Assembly (NCBI RefSeq): GCF_009834535.1
Contig: NC_045698.1
Span: forward strand, 8,248,001-8,312,000
Source: Camelus ferus
Lineage: Eukaryota
Direction of reading: 5' to 3'
DNA: 64,000 bases
Part shown: positions 51,911 through 64,000 of the stretch, in pieces
Position numbering within the stretch: the stretch's first letter is position 1
Layout of the letters: every line of letters begins with the position of its first letter
Program-made: the position numbers and the translations under genes
Notes under the pieces: generated by a model
The model's input: only the letters and a program-made list of their open reading frames with translations
What the model was told of the DNA's origin: nothing
Databases searched by the model: none

Positions 51911-54882
51911 CAAAGTAGTCTGGCTATAATTTTCGGAATGAAAGGCTTTTGTCCTTTGGCTAACAGGATTTCAAGCATCAGCAAACAGAGTGGTTGTATT
52001 GTTGCTTTGAGTCTAGAAGGACCAGGGAAGGGACACTCCGGCCCTTGGTGCTTTAATGGTAGGGGAGGCGGTGACAGTGACATGGCATGAACAGAGAACC
52101 CAGTGTTCACACGGTTTCTTTCCCCAACAAAGCCCTCTCTCCATGAGGATTTTAGGTAATTGGAAGATTGGTACTAGAGACAAAGGGGCGGGGGGTGGGA
52201 GTATAGCTTCTAGTTGTTCCTTAAGAAATTCCTCTCTCTAAAAGAGTCTACCTTTTCTATTTTTAACAAAGCATCTAGACACTTCAACACAATTATTGCT
52301 CAGAACAAAATAAATGTAGCATGAACGTTCTCTGGTGGCAATATACACTGGGACTTGCATCATACATCAAATTACGTACGAAGAGTTCACTCACTATGCA
52401 AAGCTTATCTTTGTTTCCCGTCATGCGAAGCAAGCAAACAAACACTCACAAAAAGACTATAATGGTGTCCTTTTACTTGAGTCCTTCAACTAGCATCCCT
52501 TATCTGCTGTGTTCACTGATCCATAGCTTATTCATAATTCTTTGCATGATATGATCTGACACAGGAATTTAAGCAGAATATGTAACTAACATTACCTAAC
52601 TTGGAGAAGCAGCTTGTCTAAAGAAGCTGAAGGTGGGTTTTGTGTCCATCACAGATGGGCCTTCCCGAGAGGGAGAGGAAACGCACCAGTGAGCGCTTCA
52701 ATGCTTTTAAACACAGTCAAACGTCCACACTGGAATTACCAATGGAGATTTTTTTACCCTCAACCCAACTCACAGAACTTAGAGCACAGTTATCAACAAG
52801 GAACGGTTACAGAATTATTAGTCATCAACAATTGCTGAAATGGCAACGGGAAACCTCCTCTCTGGGTACCCTCTTTGGCCAGGAGGCTCTTGCCAACACA
52901 CATGATACTTCAGAGTTAAACTTACAGACTGTGCACAAATAGAAATGCTGTCTTTTATATTATGAATAAAATGTTCAAACTAAAAGCATATAATCATATT
53001 TGATTTTCCCAAAGAATTTAGGAAGAGTTTCAATGTAAACATTTTGATTTAAGTTCTCTGGCTTTGCAGGTAAAGATCTCCAATTTTCCATCACCTGCTG
53101 TGAGACACCAGAAACACCAAAATCTGGAGGAAGAGCAGTGCTGTCACCTCCTTCCACAACAATCCACTAGGCATCTCTGGGACTTTTTTTTTTTTTTTAA
53201 TTCATTATTCCGGTTAGAGTTTCTCACCAGGAATTCAGTTATCAGATAACACTCTTTTAAGCGATGATGTCACTATATTTAACATTTCATATATACCTGT
53301 CTTCTAAATTTTACTGTGTCCTCTTAAAGAAGAGAGGGTGATCTTAAGCTTTATTTTCCCCACAGCACTTGACAGAGAACAGCAGACAGAGAAACACACG
53401 ATCAACATTTGTATAACGAATGTCTCCCTAAACGGATACCCTAGGGTGTCTTCTAAATAAGGGCAGTTTGTGACTTGGCTACTGAGATGTATTGGAGGTC
53501 TAGAGCATTTTCTAACTAGAATTAAACAGAGTTCTCTAGAAAAGCAAGTAAACTAGAATAATATCATAGTCACATAATAGTATTAACAGGTTCAGTTGAA
53601 AAAGAAACCACGCGGTACTAGCATCCATGTAAAGAGAGGCATGTTTAAAAGCTCCCAGGGGGCTTATCCATCAATGTCATTTTCACAATCGGTCTCATAC
53701 ACGGCTCAGGAAGAATGAACATACTGTTACTCCTGCAATTGTACTTGGTGTCAAATGACACCGCCATCCATCAAGGAGGCATCGCGGTAAATTCAAGCGA
53801 AGTCTGCCTTGGGCTGTATGCACAGAGGCTTTTGAGAACACCGATTATTCTTAGAGCTTCAAAACCATGCTCTGAAGGAACGAAAGGGCAGCTTTTCATT
53901 TGTACGCTTACTTCAGGTTCATCAAGTAAAGCACAGCAACCCACGGGGATGAAAATGCATTCCCCACGATCCACTTTAACATGAAGTTTCTCATTAAAGA
54001 TATTCCGGAGTTAGTCCTCCATTGGCGGTTTTATACAGTCAAAGTAACTGGAAGGTATCAGAGGGGCTGGGACAGCCCTGACTAGAACAGGAATCAAGCT
54101 TCCTTGGAAACCACCAAAAGGGAGTTGCGGGATCTGGGACTGGTACCAGACTTCTGAGTGGAGTCAAGGTTTCCCAAAACTCTGTCCCAAATGTCCAGAT
54201 ACATACTGATGCCAAACCCGGCCCAACTCAGCCTGACCTTGCCTCAGGGACGATGGCCATTCCCAGCTGGACGTCTGGGGCAGAGTTTGGACCAGGCTCA
54301 AAGGACAGGAGCATCGATATACTTGCTGAATAGAAAAAAGCACCTGGGTGTGGCAGGCATTTCTCTGAATTAATCTCTATCAGCCCTGATTGTAGTGGGG
54401 GCATCAAGCTGCTTCTTATCCTCAGCACGGAGGTGGTCCCCGTGGCTGCTGGGGCCAAGCAGAGTTGCCCTGGGGTGGACAGTTTATGTCACTGGCTTCG
54501 GGGGGCATACCTGAGTTTCTGATCCTCTAACAGGAGGATGCAGACCTGTTCTGACATCACTGGGTGATGAAAACACTTGGGAAGACAAGCCCCAGGCGCA
54601 CACTGCACTAACCTTGGCAAGTGAATGCTTGCAGTAGATGGCAGAGAACAGACCAAGGATGCTTGAGCATACCTGCCGTCACTTGCTGTGAGATCTAGAG
54701 AAGTAAAAGCTGCTTATTCCTGGCCAAAAGGTGATGAAAATCAAGGACTCACCCAAGGCAGGACTTTTTTTATCCTACTGAGGGGGTCTTCCCAAATCAA
54801 AGTGGGAATGCTAAATTATGTACACACTGCCAAATGAGGGAACAATGCTAGCTTGAATGTTCTATCAGATGCATAAAAACAG

Positions 54883-55063
54883 TTTTTTATAGGATTTTTA
54901 AAATTTTTATAAAGCATTTTTATTGTTTTGTGTTTTTGGGGGTGGGGTGGGGGGAAGAGGTAGTTAGGTTTACTTTTCGTTTTTTTAATGGAGGTACTGG
55001 GGATTGAACCCAGGACCTTGTGCATGCTAGGCATGCACTCTACCACTGAGATGCACCCTCCCC
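54883..55063 (-). mobile_element. Full-length camelid tRNA-derived SINE (vic-1-like) with TSD
   Basis: ggaggtactggggattgaacccaggaccttgtgcatgctaggcatgcactctaccactgag...ccctcccc. TSD taaaaacag at 54874-54882 and 55064-55072. Confidence 0.92.
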
Positions 55064-57114
55064 TAAAAACAGGGGTTTTTTTTTTTTTTTTTTTTTTTTC
55101 CTTTTAAACGAGCTATTGTTACGTTTGGGAATGCTAATAAATTGATTATCCAATTTCTGTTAAAAAAAAAAAAAAAGCAAATGCTCCGTAAAGCCTTCTT
55201 TCGAGGAGGTACATTTTCTTTGTAGATATTCAGAAAAGCTGACAATAACGAATAGAAACTCTTCTATAGTTCATAAATAAGAAATACACACTATGGTTCT
55301 ACATACCTTGAGCCATCTCTGAGCTATTTTTAACTCTGCTTTAGTGCTCAAGAGAAACTCACAGAAAAAAAAAATGATTCAATGAAAAGCAATACCCTCA
55401 AGGGAGCATAATCAAATAAAGCTTAGTTTGGAAATGGGTTTTGTAGTCTCCTAAATACAATGCATGCTACGGATTTACTCGATCTTTAACCAAACCATGA
55501 ATATGAATGGGAACTTCCAAGTAACCCAGGATTATGCAGATCACTTAAGCTTTAGTTAGAGTAAAATTTCAAATAGATGTAGAAATATTTCATAAAAAAG
55601 GGCTGTAAAGGGATTAATCGTATCTCAAACAATCTAAAATCATGGCTTTGAAAGATCTTGCTTTAGTTTATTGTCTTTAAAAATTACTCGGAACAATATG
55701 CTCTTAGGTACCTAGAACGGAATTATCAAAATCCTTTTGTATTGATAACTCCATCATCCCTACATTATTTAGAAACAATAATTTATCTTGAAATTACACA
55801 CTATAGGCCATAAGATTGCTTTTTAAGCTGTATTCTTTCCAGAGCTTTAAGCTATACTGTGCCCTGAAGTTAGCTTAGTTTCAGATACCGAAATGCTTCT
55901 ATCAAATGCGCAGCCTAGATTCTCCTTGAGTACAGTATCTCCATTGGTTTTAACTCCCTGTGTGCCCATCTCAAACTTTTCAGTATCAAGGAAGTTGTAA
56001 CAATTCCAGCTGGGAAGCCAGTGTGAAGTGAGGATTCCAGAATGGCTTCTAATATCTAAATACATAATGAAAATACCAATTGAAGGATTATTTTGGTAAG
56101 TATCACTAGAAATGGATGGGAGAGGAATAATTCTGTCCCAACCATGTGGTTTGAGAGAATCCAGCGTTAAACCATTTTGGTATCATTGCCCAGCAGACAC
56201 AAAGGTCGCCCAGCCTGTGTCTGTGGCACGGGGGAGCCCCCTCTCTGCTTTTAGGTCCTGGGGCCAGCAACTTCCCAGAAGAAAGCTGAAGTTCACTCCA
56301 AGAATAATAAAGCAGCATTTCCCTGGCAGGAATGGCCAGTCTCCACTCAGTCCAGGAGACTGAATCTTCTTGACCTGGAAAGTAGTGAGATCCACAGGAC
56401 TTCAGTCCTCAAGCCCTGAGCCTTGTACCCAGAGTTCCAGAGTGCAGAACTTTCCAGAATCTGACACCTGTCACACAACGGTGGTAGGACCCTGCCATCT
56501 CTAACCACATATATACCTTCACAAAGCTCATCTCACCCATGACTGCATGTCTCCGGCATCCCTTCTGCATTGGCAGAACCCAGTGGTGTAGATTTTGGTA
56601 CTCATTTTTGAAGGGCCCAGTGACCATGGCTCGATTATGAACTCCCGATTGGGATTCTTAACTGCCAATCACCCATGCCTAGGATGAAAAATCTTACCTT
56701 GCAAACACACACATTTTATACCATTTACACTAAAGTAGCTTTAAAATAAATTCCTCTATGCACAATCTAACACGTCTTGCAGACATAACTATCATTATAG
56801 GCTTACTCCACTGGTGGGACAGGAAGTGATGGAAAATGTTGATACCTTGTTAGAATTATCTATTCTGAATTTACAAAAGAAGGCCAAATCCAGTGTGAGC
56901 AGGCTAAAGCAGATGTTACAACTCTTCCCCAAAAAAGTAGGGTTGGCCAATGAAACTAGGAATATTAGGGCCATGGCAACATGTCAAATACAGGAACAAA
57001 AGCAAACAAGAGGGGACTAATCAAGGAATCAAGTCTATGTAGGTGAGGGATGAGGAGGTGGAGGGCAGACAGAAGACCTTGGCTCATGGGGGTAAACTAA
57101 AAATGTTAGGGCGA

Positions 57115-57380
57115 AAGAGTCTCACAAACATAGAGAACAAGCTTATGGTTACCAGTGGGGAAGCGGGGGGGAGGGGGCAAACTGGGAGTTCAAAGATTTG
57201 CGGATACTAACTACTATATATAAAACAGGTAAACAGCAAGGTACTACTGCATAGCACAGGAAGCTACATTCAGTATCTTACAGTAACCTACGATAAAAAA
57301 GAATATGAAAATGAATTTTATGTATATGTATGACTGAAACACTGTAAACTAGAAAAAACAAAATTAAAAAAAAAAAAGAA
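57115..57380 (+). mobile_element. L1 3' UTR fragment with polyA
   Basis: ctcacaaacatagagaacaagcttatggttaccag...catagcacaggaagctacattcagtatctt...aaaaaaaaaa. Confidence 0.88.
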
Positions 57381-57707
57381 TAATGAGAACAATAAAAAAT
57401 TTAAGGTGAGTTACCGACATGGAGGATTTTTACCATAAGGTAGTAAATATTAATTATTAAAGGGGAACATCTCAGAAAAGAGTAAGAAACAAAATTAAAA
57501 CCACCCAAAGACAACACTCGTTCTTTTGTTTTATGATTTTCCAGGCTTCTTTTCTGTAAATACTTCACACAGTTGAAACACCGCACATAGGAATTTATAG
57601 TCTGCTGCCTTCACCGAAGATGACACTGTCATTTAACAATGATTTTGATCACTGATTTGCTTGTCTGCTAAATAAAGTCCAGTGACATTATTACAGGAGA
57701 TAGTAAC

Positions 57708-58077
57708 TGTGATGGAGGCTGTGACGCTCTGACCAGATCTCTCCCAAGAAGGAAGGATCTATTCCTCCAGCTGCCAGACAATCCTCAGCTGTCAGCTCCC
57801 CGGGAAGCAGCTCAGCCCAAGAATAAGCTCCCCGCTCTTCTCCCGGAGCCTACAACCCGGGAAGGTAGAATGTGAGCACACGCAGGCCTCGCCCCCTTTC
57901 CCCTTCCGTAGGTGGGCGGGGCCTTTGCTGTGACGGCACCGGCCCAACGTCTCCCTCTGCCCCTTCCAGTGTCCTGGTCCCTTCCCTTGCGCAGTGTTCA
58001 TCCCAAGAGACCCCCACAAACCTCCTGGATGCTACTCTTCATATCAGTCTGCTTCCCGGGGAACCTGGCCTGAAAGA
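57708..58077 (+). mobile_element. LTR16-like ERVL solo LTR
   Basis: tgtgatggaggctgtgacgctctgaccagatc...cctcagctgtcagc...aaacctcctggatgc...cagtctgcttcccggggaacctggcctg. Confidence 0.7.
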
Positions 58078-59482
58078 TGAGCTTTTATTAGAAACATAAG
58101 ATATTTAATCTTTGTTTTTGAGACAGCATTCTACAAGGCAATTTCAATTTCAGAATTTTAAAATATTCACTCACCTAGTCAAAAGGCGATTTAAGACCTT
58201 GGAACTATAAAGCAAATTTTACTGAGCTATTGAGCACCTACTGTAGGGCACCTACCTTGCCAGGGGCTGAAAATAATAAAACAAACATAATCTTTGATGT
58301 GGAGATTCTATGGAGATAACTGACATGTGTGTTTGCATGACTGTGTGTGTGCTGAGTACAGTGTGTTGAGTGTGGTGTGTTGTGTGTATTGTATGTACAT
58401 GTGTGAGCTGGGGTGAACACTCTACAGAGAACAGAACTATTGAAAATACGGTATGAAATTGATGAAATTACCAGGAAATGAGAAATCCACTGTGTCTAAA
58501 ACTATTTTGTTCTATCATTTCAAATTATTTCTACAGTCTCAAAATAGTAAAAAAAAAAAAAAAAAAAAATCCTGCTAGCTCAGGAAATAGACTTCAAGCA
58601 CTATTTCAGAGAATAAATGTTGACGTTATCAGGAAGAGTTGGATGCTGACTTCTCACAGCCACCCAATGTTTGCTTATTTTCTAGCGACGGGAAAAAAAA
58701 AGTGGTGAAGGGGATGGAAAAGCATTTGAAGGAGTCATTTTGCATAAAAGGAGCATGCAATTCAGAGAAAAGGGGAAATTATGTAAGCAATTAATGCCTC
58801 TTTATGAAATGATAAGGCAATTAGTGGAAACTTTAACACCAGTGCTAGTATTCCCGTGAAGTGTAGCCCCAGGGGGCTGAGGAGGGGAGAAGTGGAAATG
58901 GAGGTTCACAAAGACTCCTGGAGCCAAGAGCAGTCAAGGAGAGCTCACACTCACGTGCATAAGAGGTCGCCATCTTTGCTAAAAATACTGAACTTATATT
59001 TATTCTTGCATCAAAACGCAAGACTTTTAATGCCTAAATAGATAAGTATTTTTAATAGGAAATAACAGGATAGTCTGTGCTTTTATTTTTGAGTCATCAG
59101 TTAACGGCTCTCAGCAGCCCTGCAAAAATCATACTCGGGGACAGTCTCTGAAATCCTAAAGAGGTGTGACCTTAGGATTCCTTCCACCCGGGAAGGGACT
59201 TTGTGGTCCACAGATGCCCTGGGGAGAATATGTGTTTCTAGCAGATCCCCTGGGGATCATGAGCAGCTGGGACCTCAGGCAGCCAGCATCCTTCAGCCCT
59301 GGCCACACAGAGCCCCAGCTGAGTCCTGACTTCCAGAACAACTCCGCCTCTTCTGGTGGCCCAGGAAGCTTCCTTTCCAGCAATGGTACCCACCCCCACT
59401 TCAACATCAACATCCTCACCTAAGGCAGCACCGTCTCTGGCTTCATAGAGACACCAGTGCTACAATCAGGGGGCCACTCAGC

Positions 59483-59609
59483 GCAGCTTCTTTCAAACCC
59501 TGATGTATACTGAAATCACCCCGGAGTCTGGAGATTCTGTGTGTCTAACAAGCTCCCAAGTGATGACATTCCTGGGCCTTCCTGGCACCTCACATTGAAA
59601 GTCAGGGCT
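59483..59609. mobile_element. MER5-like DNA transposon, internally deleted
   Basis: gaaatcacccc...ctggagattctgtgtgtctaacaagctcccaagtgatg...cacattga. Confidence 0.55.
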
Positions 59610-60874
59610 TAGTGATGCAGACTGTGAGGGAGGAGAAGCTTGCCCATCCTCACGAAGAGCTGCCTGCATTCGCGATGCTGGCAAGACTGAAGGCATTCAC
59701 AGCACCCCTGCTCTGCACAGCAGTGAATTTTACAGGATCATTTAATGCAAACAGTTCCTCCCGTTAGGGCCCTCCCCACATCAACATCCATCCTTTTCTT
59801 CTCCAATGGCAGGAATATAAAAACAGCCTTATCTCCTCAAATTTTATACTATTTCTATTTTGCAAACCATTTCACCTCCCTTAATTACTCTTGAGTAGGA
59901 ACATCTTGTGGAAGAATTGAAAACCCCAAGGTTGTTGCAAATAACTGCAACTCCCACACTTCCCCAGGCTTGGGAGGCACAAGAGTCTCGTGTTCCTGGC
60001 AGGAGTTGGGGACAGTCAGTAGCTCACACAGGGGCAGGAGGCCGAGACCCTAGGGCTGATTCTCTGATGGGTTAGGGCAAGACGCATTTAAAATGAGTCA
60101 CGGGCTCCTTGTCTGGAAAGGGGAGTGATGCCTCCCTCTTCACTAGGTTGTTATCAGAGTAAAATGAATTGAAGCATGGGGATCTGCTTGTGGGCTAAAT
60201 ACTCTAAGAGACGAATAAACTCTCTTTCCCTCCAAGACTTTTCTGACAACCCATTCTCTCTAATCTAACTTTTGTTCTTAAAACACTTAAAATGAAGTAA
60301 AAACAACTCGGTCTACTTCTTACGGTACATTAATCTGCACCGATTTAAAATCCAAAAGGAATTCCAATAAAACGATTCACTTTCTCACTCTACTTAATTC
60401 TACTGCCTTGTCAAAGAAACAACCTGCAACATGGTCTAAAATGTGCTTCAAAATACCCCCAGCTAACGCACATCAACACTCTCCTGTGTGTGTGTTAGCC
60501 TCATAGTGTACTTTCTTCTCAAATTTGTTTGTTTCTGGTACATAATTTTTCCCCATAGGTAGGATCATGCTGAGCACAAAATTTCTTGCCCTGCTTTCAT
60601 TACTCTCCATTATAACATGAGCATTTTTTTACAAGTGTAAACTTGTTAGAGGCAGCTTTTTTCCTTATTTATTCCATGAGTAGTTACAGACTGAAGGGAA
60701 ATGAAAAGAATTACTACATCTGTAATCTCACAGAATTTTATCAAAAAACATGGTACTTCCATGCTTGACACATCTCAGGAAAAAATGGAATTGGTAGAAT
60801 ATGGAACTGTGTGTAGCGGGAAAATTATACAATTAGTAAGCTATATGAAAGGGTTGCCTTACAAGGATCATTTC

Positions 60875-61125
60875 CCCTTGGTGTTAAAGCATGAACTCTG
60901 GACCTTCATTACCGGGTTCAAATCCCAGATCTGCCATTTACTGGTTTGGTGACTTAGGAAAGTATCTTGAACTCTATGACCCTCCATTTCCCCATCTATA
61001 AAACAGGGCTAGCCCAGAATCTCCTTCATACGCTTGTAAGAATTAAATGCAATTCTATATGCAAAGGGCTTACAACAGCCATTGATCCCTAGTAAGGACT
61101 CAATAAATACAGTGCTTATTATTTC
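60875..61125 (+). mobile_element. MIR, near full length
   Basis: gttaaagcatgaactctgga...gggttcaaatcccagatctgccatttactgg...gtgacttaggaaag...tttccccatctataaaacaggg...ctcaataaat. Confidence 0.88.
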
Positions 61126-61148
61126 AAAATGCATTTAATAGGTGGGAG

Positions 61149-61321
61149 CAGTGGTTCCCAAAGTATGGTCCTCAGACCTGTGTTATCACCACCTGGGAAC
61201 TTGGAAATACAAATGCCTGGGCCTGACGTAAGTCCAACTCAATCAGAAAAGAAGGGGACAGCAATCAGTCTTTAATGAGCTCCTGGTCATTCTGATGTGC
61301 TCGCAAGTTTGCAAACCCCTG
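61149..61321 (+). mobile_element. MER5A hAT DNA transposon
   Basis: cagtggttccccaaagtatggtcc...cacctgggaacttggaaatacaaatgcctgggcc...ttctgatgtgctcgcaagtttgcaaacccctg. Confidence 0.8.
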
Positions 61322-64000
61322 GGACAAAGGCAGACTATACCACTGACCCTATTTATAGATATGAATTCTCAACGGTTTTCCAGTTTTATGTCTTAATGAA
61401 TTTGAGGTGGCAAGGGAAAGGTGGGTTAACAGCTATGAAGTCCTACTTAGAGACAGCCCAGGTATCGACATTAATGCATGACCTCTATGAATCTTAGGCA
61501 TTCTGAAACAAAGTTCACCCTCAGATTAATAAACTAAATATCTAAAATAAAATGCTAAATTGTCCTTTTGTTGTAATATAATACTACACAAAATTAAGAG
61601 CAAATACTGGTACTAAAAACTTTAATCCAAAAATTATAGGGTTGAATAGAATTTATATATATGTACAGCTCATGGTTTTGAAAATCCATTCATTCTTAGA
61701 TATTAAATGATTCTTTTGAGTTGGGCATTAGTATCCTATAGACCCAGAGTAAATAGTTACCTTAAAAATGCTTTTTTTCATTCTGCATTGACATGAAGAA
61801 GAAAGGCAATGACCAAATGATCAAGGGTACCGGGGGAATGCGGACCCTTGTGATGTGGGATGCAGGAAGGTGTTCTTCCCAAAAGCAAGAAGAAAGGTGG
61901 GATATATATTGAAAGAGTGGTACTACCTTTAATAAATAACATTATGAAAAACGTATCTTAACACCCTATATAAAAATAGAGTAAAAGCAAGCTGTTTAAA
62001 ATACATATTCATAAACTTTTCTAAATGTTTCTTCATTATATTCTCCTGGAAAATAATATTGTAGAGGGTGGAGTCAGAGGTGCTACTTTTGAGCTCATTA
62101 CTCACCAACTTAAGACTCTATTTTCACCCACAATGTTCGTAGAATATTCTGAAGCCATCCTCAGAGCCTACACATCATTTTTTGGATTCACCGTGAAGTG
62201 AATCAGAAGAAACTCTCCCTGCATGAGCACCATGTTGGAGCAGAGGATCCCTGCTCTGCTCAGGCTGGTTTACTCCAAACAGCAAAGTCACCTACAATGC
62301 TCATTCAAAGCAAGCACAGCTATATCCTAAACTCACTTTAATCAGCCTAAAAGTTCTGCTCATTTAATCAGTGGCCACTGTCTTTAATAGCATTCTTAGC
62401 AGATCAAAGTAAAGGATGCTGTGTAAATAGGGCAAAGAGATTTATTATAATAATTTTTTCCTGATCTTAATTTCAAAGATTAATTGCTGCCTTTAATGCT
62501 GCTGCTTCTACCATTTTCATAACACTTTCTGGAAGCTAAGAAATCCAGTAACTTGGCAACTGAGCAATTTTGTTTCGTATATCCTGTCATTACTCAGTGG
62601 CACTCTGCTTGAGATATAGATGCTTAACGAAGAGAATCCTACGCAATCTGTTTCTTGGTGTCTTGTTAGCTATTTTTTGTGAAGAGCTCTTTCCTAATCA
62701 GACTGGCTGGGAGCACTTAGGCCGACGCACTCTGCTTTGTGGAGCTCTCCAACAATGCACAGGATGCCATTTTTAATGATGAAGCTCTCATACACAATTC
62801 TCAATAGGTTTCCAGCAGACTAGTCCGATTTTTCACCTGGCTGCCTATAATAAGAGTTAAACGGAATAAAAGACAAACCCATAATTATTTCTTATAAAAT
62901 AATGTACAGCCTGTATACTCAGTTAAAAAAATCCCTGTTGTTATTAATATTAATTAAAATTATTGCTTATAACATTAATTGTTGCTTCCTAGATGCATAG
63001 GGTATACTTCAAGTCAATTCAACTGGTAAGCGTACAATGTTCTTTGATGTCCTAGATTCTAACTGGGGGGAGTCCAAGGTGGAAGTATCAGGGTCACTGC
63101 TCTCCAGGGGTGCCCCATGGCAGACGTGAGATGCAAGATTTGCCCAACACTGTGTACACATGGAGACTGTTCTCTGACTTGGAAGTTATTCTGTTTGACT
63201 GCAGAGTGTATCCACATTGTAGAGAACTTCCCTTCCTGGTGTCTCGTACCTTGGAAAAGAGCTCACCCATCTCTGAGGCCCAGGGCCCAGTCAACGACCT
63301 GCCTTATTGGCTCAGTTCTGTTAAGTCTTGAGAGCTCTCAGCCCTAATGAAGCACTGACTCCACCTCTCTTCTGATCACCTAGTTTAACTTGCCAATTAC
63401 AAAGGGCTTAGTGACTTCTGAGTCACTCTGTACTGTTGCTGTTTGGGGGCCATCAGTACAGGTCCATGGTCTAGAGGCTTTTAAGTTATTTAAGTGCAAG
63501 AATTGCCCTGATATAACACTGCTGCAATTAGCAAGCCATGGATGACACCATGGCCAGTGGAGGTCTCAGCCCTTCTCCAGCTGAGGCTATCCAGTCGTTG
63601 TCCACAGGGAGTCTCATGGCACAGTCACCTGCCAGTCTCTCTACCAGGATCACCCCCCCCACCCCCAAAGGTTGAACCATGTGGAGCAAAGGGTTAGATT
63701 TTAGTAATTTCCTACATTTGACCTAACACTTCTACAGATACACAGCACCCTGTATAACATGGCTCCAGTTTAGAATGAACTGCCTTCGAAGTCTACGGAC
63801 TTGCTGCCCACATCAGCTACAGGAAATCTCTCCCTGCTCTGAAGTTCCTCTTTAGGGCACTTTTAACTTGTCAGCATCACCCTTTATGGCGCATACCTCG
63901 CTGTTAGGCTGTGGAGCAGGGGGTCTTCCAGAGGTCTGTGCAGGCTCTCTTCACCTCTGCCTCCTACAGACCCCCTTGCTCCCTGGAAGTAAGTGCTTAA

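Noticed and set aside
62106..62160. Minus-strand ATG in good context before a TTG|GTGAGT donor (MASEYSTNIVGENRVLS)
   Set aside because: Peptide not recognised and no promoter features nearby
1..64000. Novel multi-gene system, operon or CRISPR array
   Set aside because: The sequence is repeat-rich mammalian non-coding DNA. The ORF track holds only short chance or TE-derived ORFs.

Overview
Mammalian genomic DNA, very probably camelid (alpaca/llama/camel), judged by four copies or fragments of a tRNA-derived vic-1-type SINE and cetartiodactyl-type L1 3' ends. I recognise no protein-coding exon. The only ORFs with recognisable protein similarity are broken L1 ORF2 pieces (about 42.8-44.4 kb and 49.3-50.0 kb). 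The window is mostly old and young transposable elements: L1, L2, MIR, MLT1A, a MER41-like solo LTR, LTR16 and hAT MITEs. A small CpG/GC-box/ETS cluster with a minus-strand splice donor at about 51.8 kb looks like an internal promoter or first exon. All four LTRs and most L1 pieces lie on +, which suggests the window sits in introns of a large, unidentified minus-strand gene. I found no evidence for a novel multi-gene system. The most notable local structures are a TSD-flanked non-canonical retro-insertion, a hairpin micro-inversion inside a SINE, an L1/SINE microhomology junction, a degenerate ~90-bp palindrome, a pre-miRNA-like hairpin and candidate microexons. Repeat family names were assigned by eye from remembered consensus sequences, and boundaries are approximate.
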